From the sequence record DRR723986_13874: a stretch of DNA of 49,204 bases, one strand, 5' to 3'. Position 1 is the first letter of the stretch. Each line of letters begins with the position of its first letter. The position numbers and the translations under genes were made by a program. The notes below the pieces were generated by a model that had not been told where the DNA came from, did no database searches, and saw only the letters and a program-made list of their open reading frames with translations. This document shows, piece by piece, positions 28,505-38,412 of the stretch.

Positions 28505-30001
28505 ATGAAAACGCTGCTCATTCTTCCCCATCAACTTTTCGATCCGCATCCAGGGCTGGATGGCTCGGTCGATGAAGTCCTCCTGGTCGAAGACAGTTTG
28601 TTCTTTGCCGATCCGGTTTACGATGCGGTGCACCACAAGCAGAAAGTCTGGCTGCATCGTTCGAGTATGGTGCAGTATCGCACTCAGCTTGAGAAGCAAG
28701 GCAGGCGTTGCCGCTATGTAGATTTCGATCCTTCCGAACCAAAACGGCTCGATCAAGTACTTGAGGACTTCTTTCGAGAGCACAGCGTCGGTGAATTGGT
28801 TCTGGCCGACCCCGTCGATTTCATGGTGATGAAACGCGTCAATCGCGCCTGTCAAAAGCAATCTGTCTCGTTGCAAGTGACGTCAACGCCCGCTTTTCTG
28901 AATTCTGCATCGGAGAATGAAGAGTACGCCAGTAATCATAAACGCTGGTTCATGGCTGACTTTTACAAGTGGCAGCGTCGTCGGCTAGGTGTATTGGTCG
29001 AAGGTGATCAACCCGTTGGTGGAAAGTGGAGCTTTGACGAAGACAATCGGAAGAAGATACCCAAAGCGAAACTGGATAGCATTCCTGCTGAGCCAACAAG
29101 TTGTATCGGTGATGTTGATCAACGGGCAAAAGAGCACGTCGAGAAGCTGTTTGGATCACATCCGGGCAACCTGGATCGATTGGTCTATCCGACGACACAC
29201 TCGCAGGCAGCAGAGTGGCTGAGCGAATTCTTAGAGCAGCGTTTTGCTCAGTTCGGTGACTACGAGGACGCCATCTGCGAAGGTCGTTCGGTGCTCTGGC
29301 ACAGCGTCCTCACACCGATGCTCAACGTGGGCCTCCTGACTCCGAAGCAGATCGTTGACGAGGCACTTACTTGGGCAGAAACGCATCAGATTCCCCTGAA
29401 TTCGTTGGAGGGTTTTATCCGCCAAGTGATCGGTTGGCGAGAGTTCATGCGAGCAACCTACGCGGCTCAGGGGGTGCAAATGCGAACGACCAATCACTGG
29501 GGCATGAGTCGTCCGCTGCCCAGTTCGTTCTACGATGGCAGCACAGGCATTGTTCCCGTTGATGATTGCATTCATCGAATCCTCGACACAGGCTACTGCC
29601 ACCATATTGAAAGACTGATGGTTCTGGGCGGCTTTATGTTTCTGTGCGAAATCAACCCAGACGAAATATACCGCTGGTTCATGGAGATGTTTATCGATAG
29701 CTACGATTGGGTGATGGTCCCAAACGTCTATGCGATGAGTCAGAATGCCGATGGTGGGAAGATTACGACCAAGCCCTATTTCAGTGGTTCATCGTATGTT
29801 CGCAAGATGAGTCACTACAAGAAAGGGGCTTGGTGCGATGTCTGGGATGGCCTCTACTGGCGATGGATCGACCTGAACCGAAAGGAGCTGCAGAGCAACG
29901 CAAGGTGGGCGATGATGTGCCGGATGGCTGAGAAGATGGATAAATCGAAGATGAAAGCCCATCATGCCAACGCGGAAGCATTTCTTGAAGCGACTTTCTA
30001 G
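28505..30001 (+). CDS. Cryptochrome/photolyase family protein, bacterial (6-4) photolyase (PhrB/CryPro) type
   Basis: PHQLF, HKQK, FYKWQRRR, GGKWSFDEDNRK, FGDYEDA, NSLEGFIRQVIGWREF, GYCHHIERLM, WVMVPNVYAM, TKPY. Confidence 0.92.
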   Translation: MKTLLILPHQLFDPHPGLDGSVDEVLLVEDSLFFADPVYDAVHHKQKVWLHRSSMVQYRTQLEKQGRRCRYVDFDPSEPKRLDQVLEDFFREHSVGELVLADPVDFMVMKRVNRACQKQSVSLQVTSTPAFLNSASENEEYASNHKRWFMADFYKWQRRRLGVLVEGDQPVGGKWSFDEDNRKKIPKAKLDSIPAEPTSCIGDVDQRAKEHVEKLFGSHPGNLDRLVYPTTHSQAAEWLSEFLEQRFAQFGDYEDAICEGRSVLWHSVLTPMLNVGLLTPKQIVDEALTWAETHQIPLNSLEGFIRQVIGWREFMRATYAAQGVQMRTTNHWGMSRPLPSSFYDGSTGIVPVDDCIHRILDTGYCHHIERLMVLGGFMFLCEINPDEIYRWFMEMFIDSYDWVMVPNVYAMSQNADGGKITTKPYFSGSSYVRKMSHYKKGAWCDVWDGLYWRWIDLNRKELQSNARWAMMCRMAEKMDKSKMKAHHANAEAFLEATF

Positions 30002-30218
30002 GTGCCTTCAGCGTTAAGTCGCAGTCGTGGTTGGTCTAGCTGCCGATGGACAGCGGTATACAATCGTGCTTCAGTCGGGCAAGCTTCGGTGCTGACAATC
30101 ATTGGGTGCGAGTGGGCAATTCTACGCACGCAGTTGATTCAGCTAGTCAGGCGACGAATGCTTCGATCAGAGCCCGTTTTCCTGAATCTTATGCCGGATT
30201 ATTCGAGAAACTAGCGCA

Positions 30219-31643
30219 ATGCCACGTGACTTCCTCAAAGACTGCAAAGACCACTATGACGTCGTCGTGATCGGCAGTGGACTGGCTGGCATGACGGCCG
30301 CCAACATCTTAGGGCGAGCCGGACATAGCGTGCTCTTGCTCGAACAGCATTACAAACTGGGTGGCTTGGCGACTTGGTTTCGTCGACCGGGCAGCCATAT
30401 TTTCGATATCTCTCTGCACGGCTTCCCGGCCGGAATGCTGAAAAGCTGTCGACGTTACTGGAACGATGAAATCGCATCCAACATCGTCCAGCTAAAGAAC
30501 ATTCGCTTCGACAATCCGATGTTCTCACTGACCACAACCTTCAATCGCGAAGACTTCACGCGGCTGCTGTCATCGGACTTCGGTATCCCAAAAGAAAATG
30601 TGACGGCGTTCTTCGACACCGCCCGAAGCATGAATTTTTATGACGACCAATCCATGACGACTCGGGAGCTGTTCGAGAAGTTCTTCCCTGGTCGCGAGGA
30701 CGTTGTGCGCCTCTTGATGGAGCCAATTACCTACGCCAATGGTTCCACTCTGGAAGATCCAGCGATCACCTACGGAATTGTATTCTCGAACTTTATGGCC
30801 AAGGGAGTCTATATCTACGAAGGCGGTACGGACGATTTGGTTGGAAAGATGCACGCCGAGCTGAAGCGGAATAACGTTGATTGCCGGATACGCTGTGAAG
30901 TCTCTCAGATTGAAGTGGGTGATTCAGGCGTGGAAGCCGTTCACGTCAACGGTCGACGGATTACCTGCGGGACCGTGGTTAGCAATTCCAACCTCAATGG
31001 CACGATTTTCAACCTGGTCGGCGAGCAGCACTTTGAGCAAAAATTTGTCGATGAAGCCAAGACGGTGCGATTGAATAACAGTAGCACGCAAGTGTATATG
31101 GCGATCAAAGAGGGCGTCGAGATTGACGAGTCGACCGGCGATTTGTTGTTCAGCTCAACGGCACCTCTGTTCCGCACCGAAGCCTTGCTGAGTCGCGACA
31201 TTACCAGCAGAACATTTAGTTTCTACTATCCGCGAACGCGGCCCACTGGAAAAGTGCGGCATGCGGTGGTCAGTAGTACGAACGCTCGCTACGAAGACTG
31301 GGCGAATCTCAGTGATGAAGAGTACGAGGCAAGTAAGAAGGACTTAGTTGAAACGACTTTGGATGCCCTGGAAAAGTACGTTCCCAACATCCGCGACAAA
31401 GTAGACCACGCCGAAGCGGCAACGCCTCGCACGTTCCAGCACTACACCAAGCACTTGTTGGGCGCCAGCTTTGGCACAAAATTCGAAGGCTTGAATGTCA
31501 GTCGTACTCTCCCGCAGCAAATTCCCGGTCTCTATCACGCTGGCAGTGTGGGAATCATCATGTCCGGCTGGCTCGGGGCGATCAACTACGGTGTGATTGT
31601 CGCCAACGAAGTGGATCAGAAATTGGTCAAAGCGGGCGTCTGA
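30219..31643 (+). CDS. Phytoene desaturase-family FAD-dependent oxidoreductase
   Basis: [39 protein letters not shown]. Substrate unknown. Confidence 0.85.
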   Translation: MPRDFLKDCKDHYDVVVIGSGLAGMTAANILGRAGHSVLLLEQHYKLGGLATWFRRPGSHIFDISLHGFPAGMLKSCRRYWNDEIASNIVQLKNIRFDNPMFSLTTTFNREDFTRLLSSDFGIPKENVTAFFDTARSMNFYDDQSMTTRELFEKFFPGREDVVRLLMEPITYANGSTLEDPAITYGIVFSNFMAKGVYIYEGGTDDLVGKMHAELKRNNVDCRIRCEVSQIEVGDSGVEAVHVNGRRITCGTVVSNSNLNGTIFNLVGEQHFEQKFVDEAKTVRLNNSSTQVYMAIKEGVEIDESTGDLLFSSTAPLFRTEALLSRDITSRTFSFYYPRTRPTGKVRHAVVSSTNARYEDWANLSDEEYEASKKDLVETTLDALEKYVPNIRDKVDHAEAATPRTFQHYTKHLLGASFGTKFEGLNVSRTLPQQIPGLYHAGSVGIIMSGWLGAINYGVIVANEVDQKLVKAGV

Positions 31644-31668
31644 GTCCGGTAGCTTCGAGTTGCCCTGT

Positions 31669-32178
31669 ATGCCTCGACCAAAGAACAAAGATGAGCTTCT
31701 CGATTCTAGTGCCGATCGATACGCACGGTTGGTGCAATCGATCGACGCATTGACACCCGTGCAGCGCGATTTGCCATTTCCGTTTGAGCATCGCGATCGT
31801 AATCTTCGCGACGTGGTGGCTCATTTACTGGAATGGCAATTGATGATGCTCAGGTGGTATGAGAACGCAATGGATGGTGAAGAGCCAGTCATGCCTGCCG
31901 AAGGATTCACTTGGAAGACAACGCCAGCACTAAATGCGAAGATCTGGAAGAGTTATCAAAACGTTTCGCTGGAGCATGTTCGGGAGAACCTCGCGGTTTC
32001 CCACGACAGCCTTCTTGCCGTCATCCACGCCCATACCAATGACGAACTCTTCACAAAGCGTCACTATTCTTGGACCGGGACAACTTCGCTAGGCTCCTAT
32101 CTCACTTCCTCCCTACCCAGTCACTACGACTGGGCGTTAAAACTAATCGCACGTTTCACTCGTTCCCTCCGTTCCTGA
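31669..32178 (+). CDS. ClbS/DfsB (DUF1706, DinB-like four-helix bundle) family protein
   Basis: MPRPKNKDELL N-terminus, RDRNLRDVVAHLLEW, PAEGFTWK, WTGTTSLGSY, SHYDWA. Confidence 0.85.
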   Translation: MPRPKNKDELLDSSADRYARLVQSIDALTPVQRDLPFPFEHRDRNLRDVVAHLLEWQLMMLRWYENAMDGEEPVMPAEGFTWKTTPALNAKIWKSYQNVSLEHVRENLAVSHDSLLAVIHAHTNDELFTKRHYSWTGTTSLGSYLTSSLPSHYDWALKLIARFTRSLRS

Positions 32179-32212
32179 CCATGCGTGCAGGAGTGGACTA
32201 GCTGGACGAGTC

Positions 32213-33721
32213 TTAAAAGTTGATGTTTCCACCTTTGACGGGTTTTTGTCGTTCGTTCTGCCACCAAACGTTTGGTCCTTCCGTTTCAATCGAGGACCAT
32301 ACTTGGGCTAGTTGCTCTTTCAACTGGCGGAGTTTCTCGGGCTCCTGATTAGATAGGTCCCGCTCCTCTTTCCAGTCCGACTGGATGTTGAAAAGTTGAA
32401 ATTCGGAAAGTGTTTCATCGCCAACGATCTTCCAGTCACCGTCACGTAGCGCGACACGATTTTCAGGGGGCGAAACGTGCGTCCGCCAGAACAGCGGCGT
32501 GCCGCGTTCGACTGGATTTCCCAAGAGCGCGGGGAGCATGTCGACGCCGTCGATGGTGCGGTCAGCCGGCAGTGGCATCCCAACTGCGGAAAGAATCGTT
32601 GCAAATAGATCTGTTCCCACAACTGGAACGTCGCTGACCGTGCCCGCCGGGATACGCCCCGGCCATCGAGCGATTCCAGGAACCCGAATGCCTCCTTCGT
32701 GATCACTGCGCTTGCCACCACGCAGGCCGCCTGTCGTCCCGCCAAACCGAGCAACCGGGCCATTATCTGAAGTGAAGAAAACAAAAGTATTCGATGCTAG
32801 CTGTTGTTTATCGAGTTCGTCCAGCACCAAACCGAGCGCATGATCCATCTGCGTGATATTGCCCATGTAAGTGCTATTTTCATGGTCACCGTACAAATTG
32901 CGAAACCGCGGCGCTGTTGCAATCGGTGAGTGGGGTTCATGGACCCACACTGATAGGACGAAGGGTTTGTTGGCATCACGTTTTGAGCTCAACCATTCAA
33001 CGGCCTCGGATGCAACGAACGGAGCGGAGTACTGAGAGACTCTTCCAACCTCTTCGCCATTGCGTATGAAGTTCTCCGGATGTTTGTGGCTTGGATGAGC
33101 ATTGTTGTGGGTAGCCATCCAGTAGTCGTAACCGTGGTCGCCCGGCATCGGAAAGGCTGGGTTGTTCCACTGTGGACGGGAATTGAGGTGCCACTTTCCG
33201 ACATGACACGTTTCGTACCCGATGGCTTGCAGGAGACGCGGATAAGTAATCTCGCTGCGACGCAAGTGTGCCGGGTGATTCCCCGACAGGTGCCGCCACA
33301 CACCGTTACGATAGGGATGTCGACCGGTCAAAATCGCGGAACGCGACGGCGAACACACAGCACAGGCTGAATAGCAGGCCGTCAACTTCACACCGCCCTC
33401 AGCCAGACGATCAAGATTGGGCGTACGGATCAATGGATGCCCAAACGTGCTGGAGTCGCCCCACCCCATGTCATCGGCGACAAACACGACGAAGTTGGGC
33501 CGATCTCCATCAGGGGCCGTTTGCTGAGCCAGCGAAGTGATCACCTTCTCGGGTGCAGGAAGCGGTTGTGCTCTGTTCGCCGATTCCCGTCCTGAACTCA
33601 CTGGCTCTTGCGCCTGGCATCGATTCCTGCCTGAAGAAACCGTCAGATAACCAGCCAATGCGACCAGCAAAAGGTGAAACAAGGTATGCTGGCAGCCTTG
33701 CCATCTTGGTGTGATCTTCAT
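32213..33721 (-). CDS. Formylglycine-dependent sulfatase (S1 family), secreted
   Basis: PNFVVFVADDMG, CSPSR motif, GKWHL, SDNG, EGGIRVP; signal-peptide-like N-terminus. ATG 33721 chosen over the longer ORF start at 33865. Confidence 0.92.
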   Translation of the reverse strand: MKITPRWQGCQHTLFHLLLVALAGYLTVSSGRNRCQAQEPVSSGRESANRAQPLPAPEKVITSLAQQTAPDGDRPNFVVFVADDMGWGDSSTFGHPLIRTPNLDRLAEGGVKLTACYSACAVCSPSRSAILTGRHPYRNGVWRHLSGNHPAHLRRSEITYPRLLQAIGYETCHVGKWHLNSRPQWNNPAFPMPGDHGYDYWMATHNNAHPSHKHPENFIRNGEEVGRVSQYSAPFVASEAVEWLSSKRDANKPFVLSVWVHEPHSPIATAPRFRNLYGDHENSTYMGNITQMDHALGLVLDELDKQQLASNTFVFFTSDNGPVARFGGTTGGLRGGKRSDHEGGIRVPGIARWPGRIPAGTVSDVPVVGTDLFATILSAVGMPLPADRTIDGVDMLPALLGNPVERGTPLFWRTHVSPPENRVALRDGDWKIVGDETLSEFQLFNIQSDWKEERDLSNQEPEKLRQLKEQLAQVWSSIETEGPNVWWQNERQKPVKGGNINF

Positions 33722-34184
33722 GTTCGTTTTAGATGTGTCGTTGAGGTACAGAGTCGACAGCCGTGGCGAGTCCAGACAAGGAAGACTTCCAGTCCGGTTG
33801 CCGATTCCAAAGTGTGCATCAGGCCAGTGCATCAGCCAATTCCGCGGCAGCAAGTATTGTATCAACTGAGAAACGCAGATTTACAGTAATCGTGTATCCA
33901 TCCTGAGCGAGTTTACTCGCGGGACTGTGGAAACAATCGAGGAAACGAGCCTAATGCTAACAGTTCGCATGGCCTGTCTGATACTGCTCGCCACAGTGCC
34001 GAGCGCTGTTGCCGAATTGCCATCAGGACTTTGAAGATGATTCGCACGTTTCGGTACGACATTCATAATCCAAGCCCGATGCGGGCGGAATTACAGTGGC
34101 CTGCAGCCGAGGAGCCGCCGAAGTGCGCCGGTTTCGCCGCTTTCACTTTCGCCGCCAAGTCGCTCTAAGAACTAAGAGCTCTCA

Positions 34185-35513
34185 ATGAAGATCACAGCCG
34201 CAAACGTCATTGATATGCGCGTGCCTACGTCTGACCAAATGTTAGGCTCGGATCCATTCCATAAGTGCCCGGACTACTCATCTGCACTCTTGCATGTGGA
34301 GACGGACTCGGGCCTTCAAGGCGTTTCCGTTGTGTTTACAGTCGGTGCGGGCAACGACTGGATTTGTTATGGCATCCGAGACTTATGCCAGTTGATTATC
34401 GGCACCACTTTGAGCGACTTTGCGGCCTCACCAATTACTCTCTACAGAAGATTGATTGACCATCATCAGCTCCGTTGGTTGCACGATGGTGTTTTTCGTA
34501 TGGCCGCAGGGGCAGTCCTCAACGCGATGTGGGACCTGTGGGCAAAGTCGCTTGAAAAGCCGCTTTGGAAACTTTTGGTTGATTTGGAATCTGAGTTTGT
34601 AGCCGATTGCATCGACTGGCGTAATTTAGAGGATGCGCTTACGCGGGATGAAGCAATCGATTTGCTTGAGGACCGCGCCCGCAGGAAGAAACAAAGGGAA
34701 ACAGAAATGACCTCCCTTGGTCCCAAGGCCTATTGCACGGCCGGTTGGCTGGGACTGTCTGATGATGAAATACTCGCGACGATCCGCAAACTTCAGGCAC
34801 AAGGGTTTGATTCGTTCAAGTTAAAGGTCGGTCAAGACCTGAAAAAGGACGTCCAAAGAATTCGGTTCATGCGTGAAGCGATCGGCCCGGACTGCAGCTT
34901 GATGGTCGATGCAAACCAATTTTGGGGGCTTGAGGAAGCGAAACGCCACATCAATCACTACCAAGACTTTGGACTGAAGTGGATTGAGGAACCTCTGGCT
35001 CGTGACGACGTTCTCGGCTATGTCGAGCTTTCGGAGACGTTTGCTGGCTCCGACTTCGGATTTGCCTGTGGAGAACAGGCTGCTTCACCGGTCATATTCA
35101 AGCAGTTGTTGAAGAGCGGTGCGATCCAGTTTTGTCAAATTGACGCAGTGCGAGTCGCGGGTGTCAACGACGTCATGGCAATTATCTTGATGGCCGCGAA
35201 GTTTGAAGTCCCTGTGTGCCCTCACGGTGGAGGAATAGCGTTGTGCAATATGATCCAGCACTATGGGCTTTGGGATCAGATTGCAGTCTCGGGACACAGT
35301 GAAACACAACTGGTCGAGTACATCGACTTCCTTCATGATGCGGTTCACCACCCTCTGCAAGTGGAAGGAGGGCGTTATCGAACGCCTACTACACCAGGTT
35401 GGGGCCTCGAATTCCGCGATGAATTCGTCGCAAAGCATCGATATCCAGACGGTGAGGCTTGGAAAGACCGAGATTCAAATCGAAAAGGAACGCGATTTGA
35501 AGCCGCCGAGTAA
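34185..35513 (+). CDS. Mandelate racemase/enolase-superfamily protein, L-fuconate dehydratase-like
   Basis: N-terminal DMRVPTS...GSDPFHKCPDYS resembles FucD/ENOSF1; KxK motif FKLKVG; metal ligands in VDAN, IEEP and GEQ; catalytic QID and PHGGG. Confidence 0.85.
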   Translation: MKITAANVIDMRVPTSDQMLGSDPFHKCPDYSSALLHVETDSGLQGVSVVFTVGAGNDWICYGIRDLCQLIIGTTLSDFAASPITLYRRLIDHHQLRWLHDGVFRMAAGAVLNAMWDLWAKSLEKPLWKLLVDLESEFVADCIDWRNLEDALTRDEAIDLLEDRARRKKQRETEMTSLGPKAYCTAGWLGLSDDEILATIRKLQAQGFDSFKLKVGQDLKKDVQRIRFMREAIGPDCSLMVDANQFWGLEEAKRHINHYQDFGLKWIEEPLARDDVLGYVELSETFAGSDFGFACGEQAASPVIFKQLLKSGAIQFCQIDAVRVAGVNDVMAIILMAAKFEVPVCPHGGGIALCNMIQHYGLWDQIAVSGHSETQLVEYIDFLHDAVHHPLQVEGGRYRTPTTPGWGLEFRDEFVAKHRYPDGEAWKDRDSNRKGTRFEAAE

Positions 35514-35622
35514 CTCACTGCACTTTCCGGCACTGAAGCCTTCACGCGGCGCGCCGAACGGGCCAGAAGAAATGCGGATGAGCTACCGTCGTCAGTCCTC
35601 AATAATCTGAAAGCAACATTGA

Positions 35623-37455
35623 ATGATCAAGATACTTTTGGGGCGAACCTTTGCCGTCTTGGCCTCTGTGGCAACAGTAGTTCTTGCGATAGCTTCGTCT
35701 GCTAGGGCATCCCAGGCTAGCGACGAGGCGCAAACAAAGGGACTCAACGCAGCGAATGACACCGTCAACGCTAGTCGGAAGAACGTGCTGTTCATCGCTG
35801 TCGATGATCTTCGGCCGACACTGGGTTGCTACGGCGACGAACAAGCAATCACGCCCTACATGGACGCCCTTGCTAGTCGAGGCGTGTTGTTCGATCGAGC
35901 GTATTATCAGGTGGCTGTCTGCAATCCATCGAGGGCAAGTTTGATGACAGGCCTACGTCCTGACACTCTCGGTGTTTGGACTCTGCCAATACACTTCCGT
36001 GAAGCGAAGCCTGACGCGGTAACGATTCCGCAATGGTTCCGCAAGTTCGGCTACACGGCTGTCAGCCATGGAAAGATTTTTCACAACCCTACTCCGGATC
36101 CTCAATCATGGAGCGAGCCGATCCGTGATTTGCCGTCGTTGCCGGATCCGTATCCTCCCGGGACTCGCGAACGTGTTCAATCGGCAATGCAGGAGCTTCC
36201 CGCAGACGATTGGAGAAAGAACAATCTCCGTCGTCCGAGCACCGCGTCACCCGAACTGCCAGACAACGAAGTGCTCGATGGTGCTCGGACGGACATGGCA
36301 ATTGAGGACCTTCGGCGTCTTGCCAAGGCGGACGAGCCATTCTTCCTGGCAATGGGCTACATTCGGCCACACCTTGCCTGGGTGGCTCCCAAGAAATATT
36401 GGGACATGTACGATCCGGAGAAATTGCCCGTCATGCTGGATCAAGAAATCATCCCCAATACGCCAGAATATGCCCCGCACAACAACAGCGAGCTTTCGCA
36501 TTACGTCGACCTCATCGACATGCCAAAACCGTGGGACAAAGATTCAGTGCCGGAAGCGAAAGCACGCCACTTGGTACATGGTTACTATGCATGCGTCAGT
36601 TACATCGACGCGCAGATTGGTCGATTGCTGGAGGCTCTGGACGAGGAGGGTTTGCGTGACAACACGATCGTTGTCCTCTGGAGCGATCACGGGTGGAAGC
36701 TCGGCGAGCATCGCGGCTGGGGGAAGATGACCAATTACGAGCTTGATGCACGAGTGCCTTTACTGATCGCCGCGCCTGGGATGAGTGGTGCTGGCCGGGC
36801 GTCTAGTCAGCTTGTCGAACTGCTTGACCTGTTTCCGACTCTGTGTGACTTGACAGGGATCGATACGCCCGATTTCGTAGAAGGGCTCAGCATCGCTCCG
36901 CTACTCCGCGGCAACGAACGCCCTGTCCACAGCGAGGCGATGAGTCAGTATTATCGCCGCCACGAAAGCAAGGAGTACATGGGGTATTCGATGCGAACCG
37001 ACGAATATCGGTTCATCGAGTGGCGTGACTTTGCGACCGGGAAAGTCACCGATCGAGAACTTTATGATCACCGCAGAGGTCTGGAAGAGGATGTCAATAT
37101 CATTGCATCCGCCGAGGACGATTTGGTTCAACGGCTGACTGAGCAATTGGTTGCAGCGAGTCCGCGGAGGAAGCTGGTCATGACACCTGCAGTGCATTCC
37201 AGTCCGAGTCCGGGACGATGGCGCTCGGAGCTTGTTTTTGAAAACGGTTTATCCACAGAGCTTAGGATCTACCCGATAACACCAGCCGGGCGTCGCGGTC
37301 GCGTCAGAAAAGTTGCACCTGGCGAATCCACATCGTTCAGTGCTAGGATTGGTGGCGTCTATGTCGTCGAAAGTAAGGATGGCTCGATTTACCAGATCCA
37401 TTCCCCTTCCTACCCAACAAAAACAGTTCGCATTGATTCACCGGCGAGCCCTTGA
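35623..37455 (+). CDS. Sulfatase (iduronate-2-sulfatase/choline-sulfatase-like) with an extra C-terminal beta domain
   Basis: Signal peptide; NVLFIAVDDLRP; CNPSR; GKIFH; RPHL; WSDHGWKLGEH; extra C-terminal extension of about 75 aa. Confidence 0.92.
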   Translation: MIKILLGRTFAVLASVATVVLAIASSARASQASDEAQTKGLNAANDTVNASRKNVLFIAVDDLRPTLGCYGDEQAITPYMDALASRGVLFDRAYYQVAVCNPSRASLMTGLRPDTLGVWTLPIHFREAKPDAVTIPQWFRKFGYTAVSHGKIFHNPTPDPQSWSEPIRDLPSLPDPYPPGTRERVQSAMQELPADDWRKNNLRRPSTASPELPDNEVLDGARTDMAIEDLRRLAKADEPFFLAMGYIRPHLAWVAPKKYWDMYDPEKLPVMLDQEIIPNTPEYAPHNNSELSHYVDLIDMPKPWDKDSVPEAKARHLVHGYYACVSYIDAQIGRLLEALDEEGLRDNTIVVLWSDHGWKLGEHRGWGKMTNYELDARVPLLIAAPGMSGAGRASSQLVELLDLFPTLCDLTGIDTPDFVEGLSIAPLLRGNERPVHSEAMSQYYRRHESKEYMGYSMRTDEYRFIEWRDFATGKVTDRELYDHRRGLEEDVNIIASAEDDLVQRLTEQLVAASPRRKLVMTPAVHSSPSPGRWRSELVFENGLSTELRIYPITPAGRRGRVRKVAPGESTSFSARIGGVYVVESKDGSIYQIHSPSYPTKTVRIDSPASP

Positions 37456-37465
37456 GACTCAGTCC

Positions 37466-37487
37466 CGCAGCATCGTTCAGTGCTGCG
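37466..37487. terminator. Possible bidirectional hairpin between convergent genes
   Basis: CGCAGCA-N8-TGCTGCG inverted repeat in the 55-nt gap between convergent stops; no strong U tract. Confidence 0.35.
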
Positions 37488-37510
37488 AATTTGTCGAGAC
37501 AACACCGTGA

Positions 37511-38335
37511 TCATTGGCCAGCGAAATGACGTATGCCGTCCAGCACTGCGGCGGTCGAATGAAGCTGAGAATGGTAGACATACTCGGGGAAAGGGTGCGA
37601 CTTCTTGATCTCAGCGACCAGCTCTTTGGTGGCGTTACCGACTACCGTCGAGCATACACCGGTGCAAAAGGCTGCCAGGTCGTTTCCTGAATCACCGGAA
37701 TAGATCACATTGGCCAATTTCAGCCCCTCTTCGTGAATCCACCACTTAAGAGCAAACCCCTTGTCTACGCCGGAAGGCAAGACGTCGATAAGCCCATCGC
37801 CGGTGAACGGGTCGACGCTTTCCACTACGGAAAATGGCAATTGCTTATCGGCCAACTGACTTCGCACCATGGCGGCGACCTGCGACAACGACTCGCGGGC
37901 GCAGTAGTAACTCTGCTTAAACGCAGCCTGTTTCTCTGACTCCTGCTCTACCAGTCGCCAGGCTGGGTTCTTGGCCGCTAACTCTTCCAAACCACTTTGT
38001 ACCTCGCCGGGTTTCCGCTCTGCAGTTATCTCGCCGAGGGCGCGGTGGTAAAGCGGAACCGATTTGAAATCTGCGGCGCCGAAGCCATCGTCCGTGCGAA
38101 CATAAACGCTCGTCCCGACGTCACAAATAATGCACTCGGGAACAGGCAGATCAAATTCATCAATTGCAGCGAAGGCAGACGCAAAGTGCCGCCCGGTCAC
38201 AAAAACCAGCCGCAATTCCTGGGCGGTAAGTGCTGCTTTGAGCGGAGCGAGCTCGTCGCGGGATTCATCTCCAGTTGGTATGAGTGTGCCGTCTAGATCG
38301 GTCGCAACAACTTGAATCTGCTTCTCGGTGTTCAT
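37511..38335 (-). CDS. HAD-IIB hydrolase, sucrose-phosphate phosphatase-like
   Basis: TDLDGTL, VTGR, CDVGT, IDVLPSGVDKG, GDSGND; lies downstream of amylosucrase. Confidence 0.88.
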   Translation of the reverse strand: MNTEKQIQVVATDLDGTLIPTGDESRDELAPLKAALTAQELRLVFVTGRHFASAFAAIDEFDLPVPECIICDVGTSVYVRTDDGFGAADFKSVPLYHRALGEITAERKPGEVQSGLEELAAKNPAWRLVEQESEKQAAFKQSYYCARESLSQVAAMVRSQLADKQLPFSVVESVDPFTGDGLIDVLPSGVDKGFALKWWIHEEGLKLANVIYSGDSGNDLAAFCTGVCSTVVGNATKELVAEIKKSHPFPEYVYHSQLHSTAAVLDGIRHFAGQ

Positions 38336-38412
38336 CTGTTTACTCAGTGGGTGAGTCTATTCCGATTCTTTGCGCGGCGTCAAACGCCCTGCCCTTGCCG
38401 CTCTTGGTGCCC

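Noticed and set aside
28211-28876. 221-aa minus-strand ORF
   Set aside because: Largely antisense to the well-supported photolyase gene, with no recognisable domain.
36068-36730. 220-aa alternative-frame ORF inside the sulfatase
   Set aside because: Arg/Ser-rich off-frame translation typical of GC-rich coding DNA.
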